Positions 37,301-50,204 of a DNA stretch of 64,000 bases are shown here, one piece after another. A program made the position numbers and the translations under genes. The notes beneath the pieces were generated by a model that saw only the letters and a program-made list of their open reading frames with translations, made no database searches and was not told the origin of the DNA. Source of the stretch: Pecten maximus (lineage: Eukaryota); assembly GCF_902652985.1 (NCBI RefSeq), contig NC_047032.1:12462001-12526000 (forward strand). Direction: 5' to 3'. Position 1 is the first letter of the stretch, and each line of letters begins with the position of its first letter.

Positions 37301-38420
37301 AAGACGATGTAGTATGTTTAGTGGAGTAAAAAGACGATGTAGTATGTTAAGTGGAGTAAAAAGACGATGTAGTATGTTAGTGGGGTAAAAAGACGATGTA
37401 GTATGTTAAGTGGAGTAAAAAGACGATGTAGTATGTTAAGTGGAGTAAAAGACGACGTAGTATGTTAAGTGGAGTAAAAAGACGATGTAGTATGTTAAGT
37501 GGAGTAAAAAGACGATGTAGTATGTTAAGTGGAGTAAAAGACGATGTAGTATGTTAAGTGGAGTAAAAGACGATGTAGTATGTTTAAGTGGAGTAAAAGA
37601 CGATGTAGTATGTTAAGTAGAGTAAAAGACGATGTAGTATGTTTAGTGGAGTAAAAAGACGATGTAGTATGTTAAGTGGAGTAAAAGACGATGTAGTATG
37701 TTTAGTGGAGTAAAAAGACGATGTAGTATGTTAAGTGGAGTAAAAGACGATGTAGTATGTTAAGTGGAGTAAAAGACGATGTAGTATGTTTAAGTGGAGT
37801 AAAAGACGATGTAGTATGTTTAGTGGAGTAAAAAGACGATGTAGTATGTTTAGTGGAGTAAAAAGACGATGTAGTATGTTAAGTGGAGTAAAAAGACGAT
37901 GTAGTATGTTAAGTGGAGTAAAAGACGATGTAGTATGTTAAGTGGAGTAAAAGACGACGTAGTATGTTTAGTGGAGTAAAAGACGACTGTAGTATGTTAA
38001 GTGGTAAAAAGACGACGTAGTATGTTAAGTGGAGTAAAAGACGATGTAGTATGTTAAGTGGAGTAAAAAGACGACTGTAAGTATGTTAGTGGAGTAAAAG
38101 ACGATGTAGTATGTTTAAGTGGAGTAAAAAGACGAGGTAGTATGTTTAGTGGAGTAAAAGACGATGTAGTATGTTTAGGGAGTAAAAGACGATGTAGTAT
38201 GTTTAGTGGAGTAAAAGACGATGTAGTATGTTAAGTGGAGTAAAAAGACGATGTAGTATGTTAAGTGGAGTAAAAAGACGATGTAGTATGTTTAGTGGAG
38301 TAAAAGACGATGTAGTATGTTAAGTGGAGTAAAAAGACGATGTAGTATGTTTAGTGGAGTAAAAAGACGATGTAGTATGTTAAGTGGAGTAAAAAGGCGA
38401 TGTAGTATGTTAAGTGGAGG
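34372..38420. repeat. 29-30-bp satellite (AAGACGATGTAGTATGTTAAGTGGAGTAAA), about 135 copies, in temptin-like intron 1
   Basis: Periodicity read directly; very homogeneous except 35030-35400. Confidence 0.97.
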
Positions 38421-38751
38421 GGGGTGGGTATTCAGTTCCCTTCCCTTCCTCATCAAACTTCAACTCCATACCAAAGGTCAAGGTCACTTGGAATTCGTCA
38501 CTTGTAACTTTCGGGTTCATAATTCCAACAATTTTAACGTTTTATTTCAAAATAGATCGAAAATGAATATTTAATTTGGTCGCCATTTTTTCTAAAAAAC
38601 GGAAGTACAAACGTTATCCACCTCGATCATAAATGTTATCCACCTCTTTGGAATTCTTGATAATTAATTACATATTGATTATGAAGTCCGTTGTTTTATA
38701 AGGTCTGAAAAAATGCACAACAAAATTGTTTGAAAACTTTCTCTCCTCAAG

Positions 38752-38902
38752 GACTTCGCCTCTTCTGCGCATGTCTGGACTCGGGATTTGTGTATGGCCG
38801 ATTCCGATTTAGACGGCGAGACGAATGGAGTGGAACTAGGGGACCCGAACTGCGTATGGACCTCTGGACAAACTCCTGAGGGACAGGCCACTGGTCATCC
38901 AG
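38752..38902 (+). CDS. Temptin-like exon 2 (DFASSAHVWTRDLCMADSDLDGETNGVELGDPNCVWTSGQTPEGQATGHP-G)
   Basis: Temptin signature WT..LC..DSD.DG..NG.ELGDP.C.W and HPG; aag acceptor, GT donor. Confidence 0.95.
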
Positions 38903-39248
38903 GTACATTCTTCACAAGCTTTAGATCATTAATTACTCGAGCCACAACCATGCGCGTGTTAAATAGGTGAAAAAAATGATGACGATAAACTACTAAGTAT
39001 ATAATTTTACATTTCAAGAAATTATTTAAGGAATGTTTTGCTTACTGAAATTTCTCTTCCAATCTTCGCTGGATTACGATCCTCCAGAGAAGTCCTCGGC
39101 TAGCGAAGATGAGCGCTTCCTTTAAACAAAAGAAATTCCGGGCCATGTACATCGGGATAATTTTGCATTTAGCTGGTCTTGATTTTAGTTTATTCATATT
39201 TCATGCTGTTTTTTTTTTAAATATATATTCTTTATATTGTACTTTCAG

Positions 39249-39310
39249 GAATCTGCGAACCAATGAATGATCCAAAGTGTCTGTCAGTAAATGTTAATGT
39301 TGTGTGTTAA
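39249..39310 (+). CDS. Temptin-like exon 3 (ICEPMNDPKCLSVNVNVVC*)
   Basis: tttcag acceptor, phase compatible; TAA overlaps AATAAA. Spliced CDS is 396 nt (131 aa). Confidence 0.85.
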
Positions 39311-39937
39311 TAAAACATAAATTAAAATTTTCCTGTTTTTTTTTTCATTTTTGTTTACTATCCGAAGGTAGTTACAGATGACAAGCTTTAGCTGTGTATT
39401 CCATTTAAAAATAACGATAAGTGTTTAAATCCAAGGCCATTTTTTTCTAATCACTTAAAAAATATAACTTTGGACTGAGGGTAACGAACATATCAAGTTT
39501 GAGAAATATACTTCCAGTACTTCTCAAGAATCTTCAACTGTCAAAATTCAAGATGCGGTCAATCGGCCATTTATTTTAAAAATCAAAATTCAAATAATGG
39601 AATGGGCATAACAACGGACATAGGGTAATATAAACATTTAGCATGAGAAATTCCTTTCGTGTGCTTCAAAGTAATAGCAATAACAATCTTCTACATGCAC
39701 TGTCAATCCAAGATTTATTTCTGTCAGCCATTTGTTATATCGATTACACTCGCAATTGGGGACCAAGGGGAACCTTCCAAATTTCAACTGTCAAAGTTCA
39801 AAATAGCCGCCTGCGAGCCATTTTTAAAATCAAAATGGCAGTTTGAACTAGGGACCAAGCGGCAACCTACGCGTCAGGTTTGAGAAATATCCCTCAAGAA
39901 CTGAAAGAGCGTTCACAGGTAGTCAAATGACGCTTAA

Positions 39938-40242
39938 ATTTTGTTTGCTTGCTTGTTCAATCCCCCTGTGAACGGCCAGGGTAATTTTGAGAAGGGGTCT
40001 TCTTGTAGTAGTTGGTGACTACCACACCGAACAGCATACGGGAGGCCCGTAGCATGCCTTCCAAAGCAATAAGGGTGAGGTGTCTTGCTCAAGGACACAG
40101 GCACGAAACCACAGACCGACCAGTTTTTCATCTTTCCATTAAACTCAAACCGACACGGATAGGGGTTGTCGAACCATGCATCTCGTATATTCACTTAAGA
40201 TTTCGTGGCCTACGCTACAACCGACTGAGCTATCGCGTATCC
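39938..40242 (-). mobile_element. tRNA-derived CORE-like SINE
   Basis: Minus strand: A box TAGCTCAGTCGG, B box GGTTCGACAACC, CORE-like GTGTCCTTGAGCAAGACAC, tail ACCCTGGCCGTTCACAGG...AACAAGCAAGCAAACAAA. Confidence 0.75.
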
Positions 40243-40299
40243 AGGTCCTTTACAAATATGCGGACCAGAACATATATGATTAGCCCAGCGAATGACAAA

Positions 40300-41360
40300 G
40301 ACCCTACATATCAAATACAATACAATATGCAAGAAATAGTTAAAAATCGTCAAACTTCACAAAATGACTGCTTGCAGTCGACAATGTTTTCAGATTGGTC
40401 CAAAAATGCAATACATCGGACCAAGGAGAACCTACCTATGAAATTTGAGAAAGATCCCTTCAGTGCTTCCTCAGAAATAGCAATAACAAACTTCAATTGT
40501 CAAAATCCAAGATGGCTGCCTGTCGGCCATGTTGTTTTCCGATCGGTCACAAAATGCAATATGCATAACTGGGCACCAAGGGGAACCTACATATGAAGTT
40601 TGAGAAAGATCCCTTTAGTACTTTCTCAGAAATAGCGATAACAATCTTTAATGGTCAAAATCCAAGATGGCTGCCTGTTGGCCATCTTGTTTTCCGATCG
40701 GTCCCAAAATACGATATGCATAACAAGGCACCAAGGGGAACCTACATATGAAATTTGAGAAAGATCCCTTTGGTACTTCCTCAGAAAAAGCGATAACAAA
40801 CTTCAATTGTCAAAATCCAAGATGGCTGACTGTCGGCCATGTTGTTTTCCGATCAATCCCAAAATGCAATATGCATAACTAGGCACCAAAGGGAACGTAC
40901 ATATGAAATTTGAGAAAGATCCCTTTAGTACTTCCTCAGAAATAGCGATAACAAACTTCAATTGTCAAAATCCAAGATGGCTGACTGTCGGCCATGTTGT
41001 TTTCCGATCGGTCCCAAAATGTAATATGCATAACTAGGCACCAAGGTGAACCTACATATGAAATTTGAGAAAGATCCCTTCAGTACATTCTCAGAAATAG
41101 CGATAACAAACTTCAATTATCAAAATCCAAGATGGCTGCATGTCGGCCATGTTGCTTTTTGATCGGTCCCCAAAATGCAATATGCATAACTAGGCACCAA
41201 GGGGAACCTACATCTGAAATTTGAGAAAGATCCCATCAGTACTTTCTAAGAAATAGCGATAACAAGAATTGTTTACGGACGGAGGGACGGACCACGGACG
41301 ACGGACCACGGACGCAGGGCGATTTGAATAGCCCACCATCTGATGATGGTGGGCTAAAAA
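40300..41360 (-). mobile_element. HINE-type element of the 25331 family, about 6 x 149-bp repeats; more degenerate units continue at 39470-39900
   Basis: Ends (GGAC)n...TAGCCCACCATCTGATGATGGTGGGCTAAAAA; unit contains GAGAAAGATCCCTT...CAAAATCCAAGATGGCTG. Confidence 0.88.
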
Positions 41361-42046
41361 TAAAGTTGGTAAAAGAGGATGTCAAAATTTAATTTATAAT
41401 TATATTTGTAATAAGTGATATAGTTAGTAAAAAGATATCCATGTTAAAAAATATAGAACTAGTTTTTAGGATAACGACATGTATAAACGTATAAATGAAT
41501 TTTAAAAAGTAATTATCAAAGGACTGGAGACAAATTGAATGAATCAAAGACGAACTTTGACCTCGACCTTTAACTTTGACCAATGACCTTTGCTCAGTCG
41601 ACTTATATTCTATTAGTGAAAAACTACAATATTGACCTTGTACCCGGTAACATTTCATGCAAATTGGTTAACCTTCACCTTGCAAGTCGTAACAAAATGT
41701 TGACTAGTGAACACATGCAAAATTCGACCACCTCGTCCAATTCGAGATCGAGACTAAACCCAGATTTTACCTGAATTTGTATGTGTCGTGTGTGAGCAGA
41801 GGACGTTAACTCTTCCGGCGCATCTGGTATTATCCTTGTACAATGTTAAGCAAATGAATAATTCTAAGTCACGCAAATGATCAAACCTGAAAAATAGCCA
41901 TGCTGTTATGTTCACAAGTGTCTATAGCACAGGGTAGGAGCATTTGTTTGACCGGATTTTACTGTATGCATGTATAAACACTTATTTTGTTTTGACCTTG
42001 AAATGCAAATGGCGGCTGAGAATAATATTACACAAATCTGGCTTAA

Positions 42047-42682
42047 AGGAGGCATTTCAGTTAATAACAAAACTCCTATATCGTACTTTTAAGACATCTC
42101 ATCATAGTAACATGAACATTTGAATGTCAATTTGTTAAAATGGTGAGTTTGCAGCCTTTTTCAGAAATAGGCATATTTTACCCCAAACTCAACGGTTGAA
42201 CATTTTTTCATAAAAGCAGTCTTCTTGCCACTTCAAGAATACTTTATATTGTCTAATAAGAGCATTTTTGATGTTTTAAATACCTCCTTATATGCCATAT
42301 GTGTGTGATATCGTTCACGACCGCCATTTGCAATTCAAGGTCAAAATAAAAACAGCGTTTATACATATAATAACGTCAAAGCTGGTCAAACCAATGCTCC
42401 TATTTTGTGCTTTAGACACTTGTGAGCAAAACGACATGGCAAGTTTGTGTAATATATGGGATACAAATGAGTTAATTATGTCCCCCTGAAACATGCATTT
42501 TTCTTACGTTTTGTTGAAATTTACAAACAGCTTAACAAATTACATGTCAACAGCGAGACCCAGGGTTTGCCATGATACATACTAAAAGTTCATCATGTTA
42601 CTTCTGTGACATTGCACCATAATAGGGATTTATAGGCCTGTAAAATATCAATGTTTTGACTGGATTTGCTGTTTAGATGCCC
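42047..42682. mobile_element. Kolobok-like non-autonomous element
   Basis: TTAA-AGGAGGCATTT ... AGATGCCCC-TTAA. Confidence 0.45.
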
Positions 42683-43239
42683 CTTAAATTATGATTCACC
42701 TGATTGTCAATGTGGGCATCCACGTGAAGACTGTTTTTTTTCCTAATCTATTCCTTGTATGTCAATTTTAAGAACACTCACTGCCGATATATTATGGTAC
42801 GGTTCTATAAACGTAGATGTTCTTTAAAGTAAAGGTGACCCTAACATTTCTCCAGCCGACAATATAAAAATAAAAAATAAGCAAAAGCTTCACATTAGTC
42901 GGAAAGGTCGGGATAATTCGCCGATCATTCTTAACACCACTCCGTCCCTTCTCTCATTAAAAAAACATTTCTGATAAGTCAATTATATGGTCTTTTCTGG
43001 ACTTTATCTCATACTTTATAACATTTGTATATTGCCATCGCGTGATTACTGTATATTTATATCATTATTACGGGAGAAGTCATTTTAAGTTTGTAAAACT
43101 TACCGACTAATCCCCTTGTCGTTTTAATGTCTCCTTTTAGTTTCTCCAGTTCCCATGCTAATTCATATTTTGAAATAGCATGATTTAAGTGCAAAGCTCG
43201 CAAAATCCGTCATTTTCAAGTTATTTCGGCCAACAAAGC

Positions 43240-43441
43240 ATATAGCTAAACATGCTATACCGAAATTGTTAGCTTCAGATGGAAGATGTGACGAATGGGC
43301 GAGATGGACGATATCGAAAAATTGTCAATTCGACCAGAAATTGAAATATTGCGGTAACAAAGGTCATCCTGACGTGACCCCTTATGCGATGTCGTTAGAT
43401 GTTCATGTAACGTAGTGCTAATGACCATCTGTATTTTAATT
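43240..43441. mobile_element. One end of the foldback family seen at 56320-57097
   Basis: AGGTCATCCTGACGTGACCCCTTATGCGATGTCGTTAGATGTTCATGTAACGTAGTG matches 57010-57067. Confidence 0.7.
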
Positions 43442-44002
43442 ACCGGTAAATTGAGTCAATATACTATTCGTTTCGATTGGAAAATTGTCTGGGATCTTGG
43501 CCTCATCATAGATATACGTCATACAGAGCAGCAATTTAACTACTCCCACCAACGAGTTAAGATTCTTAATGTCCATATTTATTCCAGAGCTGCGTCAAAT
43601 GGACCAAAATTAAATTCATGTAAATCTGTCCATACATAATTACTATATATATGGCATGTGCATGACAAGCCTACAACTGGGAATTCAGATTAATCCACAC
43701 CATATTGGATTTTAAAGCTTTCTTCCAAGAACAAACGGTAAACTTGATAGAAACCATTGATCTAGTGAAAACGATGTAGGAAATTGGACGATTCATAAAC
43801 ATCAATTGTGGACAAAAAATTGCAGCAACCACAGCCATTTTTTCACACAAATTTTGAATTAAACAAAATATTTGGCTTGATTTAATAGCTGTTTTCATTT
43901 TGAAAGGAATTTTCAATCTTTTGTGCAATCCATTTTTTTAACTCATCACCAGGCAAGTCAAGAAAATAAAACTTCACAAGCAACATATTTTAAATAATTT
44001 TT

Positions 44003-44008
44003 TTTATT
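44003..44008 (-). terminator. Candidate polyadenylation signal of EF1A
   Basis: AATAAA on the minus strand about 265 nt after the stop codon. Confidence 0.5.
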
Positions 44009-44270
44009 AATGCCATTACCTACAGCATCAATTTTTTTTCCTTCTCACTTCTTTTCGATGGATTTTTTTGGTAAGAAGTTTTACAGTCCAGTAAATGCTG
44101 TGCTGTGGGTCATTCAAAATAGACTTCATTTGAATTCTCAACGTTTTTCTGTGAACTTTGTCTTTGATTTTGGCCTTCTTGGACAAACTATCATCTAAAT
44201 CAGATGAGGCAAAACAAAAGCTAGTTATGATGGAGCGGGCCTGATGTCCTTGTAGGGTGTCAAATTCATT

Positions 44271-44624
44271 TCATTTCTTGGTGGCCTTCTGGGCAGCCTT
44301 TGTCATCTTGCCGGATTTTTCACTTTTCTTGATAGACTTGATGACGCCAACAGCGACGGTTTGACGCATGTCACGGACAGCAAAACGACCAAGTGGAGCG
44401 TAGTCATTGAAGGCTTCAACACACATTGCCTTCTGGGGGACAAGCTCCGCAATACAGGCGTCACTTGACTTCAGACACTTGGGAGCGTCCTCAAGCTTCT
44501 TTCCGGTACGACGGTCGAGCTTCTCCAAAAGCTCCTTGAACTTGCAGGCAATGTGAGCAGTGTGGCAGTCGAGGACTGGGGTGTATCCAGCGTGGATCTC
44601 TCCAGGGTGGTTCAGGACAATGAC
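44271..44624 (-). CDS. EEF1A: Elongation factor 1-alpha, coding exon 6 ([29 protein letters not shown]...[19 protein letters not shown]...KK*)
   Basis: Canonical eEF1A C-terminus; tag acceptor; TGA stop. Confidence 0.98.
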   Translation of the reverse strand, partial: VIVLNHPGEIHAGYTPVLDCHTAHIACKFKELLEKLDRRTGKKLEDAPKCLKSSDACIAELVPQKAMCVEAFNDYAPLGRFAVRDMRQTVAVGVIKSIKKSEKSGKMTKAAQKATKK

Positions 44625-45261
44625 CTACAAACACAAGTTGTGAAAATTAATTTTAATGGCAGTACTAAGCACGGACACCAGTCTGGCATTATTTTTGTAC
44701 ATGTTTTGTACAGACACCTGACACAGGTAATTAAGATTTCCTAAATGCATTTCTGTATTAATTTTTGTTTACCACATCAATAAATTCTAGAGGAAAATTT
44801 GTTCTCTTACTCAAAATGAAATGGACTTAACTTGGGACCAAGGGGAAACTGCCTATAAAAAAATCCTCAGTGAGAAAATAATTTTCAAACTGTCAACGGT
44901 CACCAGTTGGCCATTTTTATCTGGATCAGATTCAAAATCAAAAAGGTACAACTGGGCCAAAAATGACAAGATATGAAACCAGTTCTACATTCTTCAGTTA
45001 TTCACTATTTCAACACTTTGACCTTGAAAGGTCAAAGTCGGTCATTTAACAAACTTCACTTAGCACTTCATTCTCAGCGACTGTTGTGGCCCCGTGATCG
45101 AGAAGTTGATAATTGTTTACAGGCAGACAACAGAGAGACAAAAGACAATCGCAATAGTCACCAGTGTGTATCTAACTCCTGGATATTTTACTGGAATAAC
45201 CCAAACATTTCCTAGAGGGATTAAACCTGAAGTTTCACTTCAAACATTCAAGACTACCTAC

Positions 45262-45518
45262 CTGAGCATTGAAATATTCAACACCAGCTGGGGGATCATT
45301 TTTGCTGTCTCCAGCAACGTTTCCTCTCTTCAGTTCTTTAACAGAGACGTTCTTAACGTTGAATCCAACATTGTCTCCGGGAAGAGCTTCCGGCATAGAT
45401 TCGTGGTGCATCTCAACAGATTTTACTTCAGTTGTCAGGGCAGATGGGGCAAAGGTGACGATCATTCCAGGCTTGATGATTCCGGTCTCTACCCTGCCCA
45501 CTGGCACAGTTCCAATAC
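45262..45518 (-). CDS. EEF1A: EF1-alpha coding exon 5 ([12 protein letters not shown]...[17 protein letters not shown]...FNAQ)
   Basis: Canonical domain II; AG/GT boundaries, phases consistent. Confidence 0.98.
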
Positions 45519-46194
45519 CTGAAACACAACAAGCGACCGATGATATAAATATAAATTAAAGAATTGCAAAAAAAGTAATATGCTTATAAATATTAATCAT
45601 GCTTGCTGGCTTAGTGATGCCATACCACATGGTCTCGAGGTACCAGTCGATCAGTTACATTTTAAACCAAATTATGAAATGACAATATTAATGAAATTTA
45701 TAGGGGATAATGCTCTACGCGGATGACTATCATATTTAATATTTATGGAGGGACAGATCATATTGCTTACAAGTGTCAAATATTTCCCATTTCACAGTAT
45801 TATCGGCAAAACATCCTTTTTTAATTCTATAAACTTGAATGGATGTACTTGCATGGTGGATATGTAGGTAGGTAGACCATTTATTGCGACAGGATGTAAC
45901 AGTTTTATTTAAGTGGAATTAAAATCTTTCAAATTTTCGCATTTCTTCCTTTACTACAGTATTTAAATCATCATGAACACCTTCTGCAAGGTTTACCATC
46001 AGAATGCTTGGTACATTGTATATTGTACTAGGCAAATAGCGTAATTTTACACGAAGATTATGTTTCTTAAAAACACTATCTACTAGTTAGTACCTTGCGT
46101 TCCAACTCTATTAACTCAAATTATTGACGTGGTCCTCTAGAGTTCGGAGTTAGCAGGGTTTTTACCATATTTATAATTTCTTTTTCGACCATAC

Positions 46195-46474
46195 CTCCAA
46201 TCTTGTAGACATCCTGGAGAGGGAGTCGAAGAGGTTTATTTGAAGGACGAGATGGAGCAGTGATGCTGTCAATAGCTTCCAGCAGGGTCTTGCCACTGGC
46301 ATTGCCCTCTTTCCTTTCAATGGCCCATCCCTTGTACCAAGTCATTTTCTCGGTGGGCTCGATCATGTTGTCACCGTGCCAGCCGGAAATGGGAATGAAA
46401 GCTACAGTTTTGGGGTTGTAACCAACCTTCTTGATGTAGGCAGTTACTTCCTTTGTGATTTCCTGGTAACGAGC
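46195..46474 (-). CDS. EEF1A: EF1-alpha coding exon 4 ([10 protein letters not shown]...[12 protein letters not shown]...[14 protein letters not shown])
   Basis: Canonical motifs; AG/GT boundaries. Confidence 0.98.
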
Positions 46475-46890
46475 CTGTCAAAACCAAATAAATATATATC
46501 GATAAATGAAATCTAAATTTCAATCCATCAATTATCACTATGATGGTTTTTCCCAGTCAAATAAATTTTAAAGATTCATGTTGACTTTTTGTAAGCGACA
46601 TTTATATCTGAAGTACACAATTATCCTGGTTCTTTTATCATTTTTAATTGCATTTGAGAAATTTCTGAACTTTAATTGTTGAAATTACTCAAGTTTCATC
46701 TGAACAGCAGTTGCATTGGATGCCAACAGCCGATTTAATAGCAACATTGCTGTAATGATGACTTGAGACTAGTAGTACACAACTAGTAGTACATGCAGCA
46801 TGGAAAAATCATAAATTGACTGGCTCAATTGGAAAATTTACAGATTTCAGAAAATGTAACATTTGTAGGGAAAAGCTACAAAATCTGCTA

Positions 46891-47094
<204 letters not shown>

Positions 47095-47829
47095 TTAATG
47101 ACCAATACAGGACAATAAAAGTGCTTTCCTTCCTTTATATTTTCATTAACAGGACAAACTCCCATTTATTTAACTTTACATAACCTTATCCTTTAAAACA
47201 AATCAGTTTTTTTGACACGACATGAAATCCAGAATCTTAAAAGAGCCCTATTTTCTTCAATTTTACACTTCTGCTGCACATAAAATTCAAATTCTTCCAG
47301 ACAGCAATTTCCATCAACCTGTTTAGGAGGAGCAGAGCCATCCTGTATATATTGATATGTCAAGAGACCATGGCAATATATAATCCCAAAATCTAGCTAT
47401 AACTTGTAATCAATGTCCACTTTAGAACCTCAAGTTCAAAAAGACCCTTATTGTTTGCCCCTTAGATGCATGCAAAATCTTGCCAGTCTCCCCAACCCTT
47501 ACAGGGCTCAAAGTGGATATTTTTACTAGGTTGCCTACGGTATTTGGCTACCTAGTCATTAAATAAAGATGTCAATAAAAAAAAATCTCTTTATTCCAAG
47601 ATCAGCATTTCTCTAAATTTCAATTGTGAACATAATTTTAGCACGGGCTGCAACCTTTAAAGATTAACGAAATTGCAAATTTTAGTGGCCAAGCAGGTTC
47701 CTTCTTCGCCAATGGTGAATTTAAGGTGCCATGGCCACTTTGAGTCCTACCCTATAATAGCTCAAGCATGAAACAGATTTATCTCTAACTACCTTCCTAC
47801 CAACTCTGAACAAAGTGTATTCAGCGTAC

Positions 47830-47998
47830 CAGTGATCATGTTTTTGATGAAATCTCTGTGTCCTGGAGCATCAATAATGGTAACAACATATTGAGTGGTC
47901 TCGAACTTCCACAAAGCAATATCAATGGTGATTCCACGTTCACGCTCAGCCTTCAGTTTGTCCAATACCCAGGCATACTTGAAGGAGCCCTTTCCCAT
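47830..47998 (-). CDS. EEF1A: EF1-alpha coding exon 2 ([27 protein letters not shown]...[15 protein letters not shown])
   Basis: Switch I RGITI and G3 DAPG motifs. Confidence 0.98.
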
Positions 47999-48392
47999 CT
48001 AAAAAGACAAATTTTTAATTAGGTCCACTTGGATTAAAACTGTAATGAAAAATCAAATGAAATGCAGAGTATCAGCGTTTCAACATATTTACCCTGCATC
48101 ACTTGTTCCCACTTTTGTAAAATACACCGCTAGTTTCTAGGTCTATTTAATATCAATTACATATATATTGTTGCAAATTGCAATACAGCTGTTTGGACTT
48201 AAATGGGCGTGCATGCCCAGCATGATCATTTATGAATGACAGAAAAAATTAATTTCAAAAACTCTCCCTACTGATGTCAAGTTTGAAGGTCATGAACCAG
48301 AAACCTTGAATGCATGAACTGGAGTTGTACTCGATTGTACATAATACAACTTTCTTTCAGCTTGTCTGTTTAAATTAAGTTTGGATTTTTAC

Positions 48393-48539
48393 CTCCTGGG
48401 CTTCCTTCTCGAACTTCTCAATGGTTCTCTTGTCGATACCACCACATTTGTAGATCATGTGACCGGTACTTGTCGACTTTCCAGAGTCGACATGGCCAAT
48501 GACCACGATATTAATGTGAACTTTTTCTCCTTTACCCAT
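48393..48539 (-). CDS. EEF1A: EF1-alpha coding exon 1 ([23 protein letters not shown]...EAQE); exon extends into the 5' UTR to 48573
   Basis: P-loop GHVDSGKS; accATGG Kozak context. Spliced CDS is 1386 nt (461 aa). Confidence 0.98.
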
Positions 48540-50204
48540 GGTTGTTTCTCAGTTGTTACAACAAGGTAAGGATCTGTAAAAGAGAGAAAAAAGATTTTAA
48601 TCCAAATTCAGAGTACTGTCATGTTGAAAAAAAAATCTTCATTAAAATAACCCAAAAACCAATTGTCGCTTATTTTTTCAGGTTTTTATCACTGGATGGG
48701 GATGGGAAATTTTGTCCCCCTTTTTGGGAAGAAAATGGGGGGGGGGGGGGGTAAAAAATTCAGGAATAAACTGCAATTCTAGAAAATTTGGCTCATTAAT
48801 GGCCACTTATCTGCCGATAAATCCCACTTTTTCAACTGAACTTCCCAAATGTATTATATGATCATATTCGTTCTCTTCATAAACTCCTACAAGTAGCACA
48901 GTAAATTTCACACAAGCTTACAATAGCTGCTTCATGAAAGTATTCGACAAAAAAAATATCTGTAGGGATATAATTTACAGGCTTCTTCTGAAACTATCAG
49001 TCCTGTACGATGTTTTCAAAACAGGTCACAATCAAACCCAGAACCCTTCATTAGCAGATATTTTACGACCAAAAATGTACAAAATTAAGTGTTATTCTAT
49101 AATCATATATAAGGCACTAGTTGACCTTAGTGATGGTAAATATAGCAATCTGGTGCTAGATTAACAAAAAATTACTGTGACACAACCATTTCACTTAAAA
49201 GTATGCATCTAGTTGCTATAAAACGATTTTATTCTCTTACCATATTTAATCAAAAATCACACTATTACTACATGTGGAGGCTGTAAGCAAATTAGTCCCG
49301 ACATAAATACAATAAATTAAACCGGCTTTTTCACTAATTCACTTCTAGTAGCAACTTACAGACCATTGGTCAATATTCTTTGTCCAAAATATCAAGCGAT
49401 CTAGACTAGATCACATCAAAGGCCACGTGGTTGAAAGGAAAATGGCAGCCATATTGAATTTGTAATTTTGTGACATTTCATGGTGCAATCACGATTACAA
49501 GGAAATATTCAACTGTCTGCTCGATGTAGATGCCATAGCATGGGTATTAGTGGAAGTCATACGAAACAAGCAGGGCTTCATCCAGGAAAACGCCCATAAA
49601 AGAAGTTAAAATAGTTCATTCAGTTATATAATTACCACGAAATAAACAAGAACACCCAATGGTACCTTGATTAGAGAAAAACAGTTCAGATCTAGGACCA
49701 CATTTTACACAGGAGTAAAGCAAAATGATCATGAATAGAATATATACTTCCGACAAATTGAAATGATACAGAAAAAGAGTGTTTTCTATCAAACATGGCT
49801 GCCAGTGTGATGTTCTGATCCAGACTGCTCGACAAAGATGTTATTCAACAGATAAATTATAACCAAAAAAGGAAAAAAAAGAACAATAATATCAAATTAA
49901 CAAAACAATTCAACAGTAGCTTGTAAATGCAGTGTTGTACGGTAACCATCGCTCTACAGGCCCATACAATAGCTTTGGGTTCAGCCAGCGCCATTACGCC
50001 GGTATGTCGACGTGGATGGTTTTGTATATTTCGAAAAAAGATTGAAAAATCATGAAAGTACACATTGTTCATTCAAAATACATTGAAGAAGTTACCAATA
50101 TTTGTCTATATTTTACAAACATCGCATAAAAAGTTATGGATGATGAAAACATACGATGATTAAAACAGATTTTAACTCAACACATATAATGTACACATAC
50201 TCAC

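Noticed and set aside
34372-38420. CRISPR-like array of ~30-bp repeats
   Set aside because: Units are head-to-tail with no unique spacers, there are no cas genes, and the context is a eukaryotic intron.
40012-40596. 194-aa ORF and its similarity to the ORF at 1868-2077 as a gene family
   Set aside because: The ORF crosses an antisense SINE and HINE repeat units; the peptide similarity reflects two copies of the same SINE.
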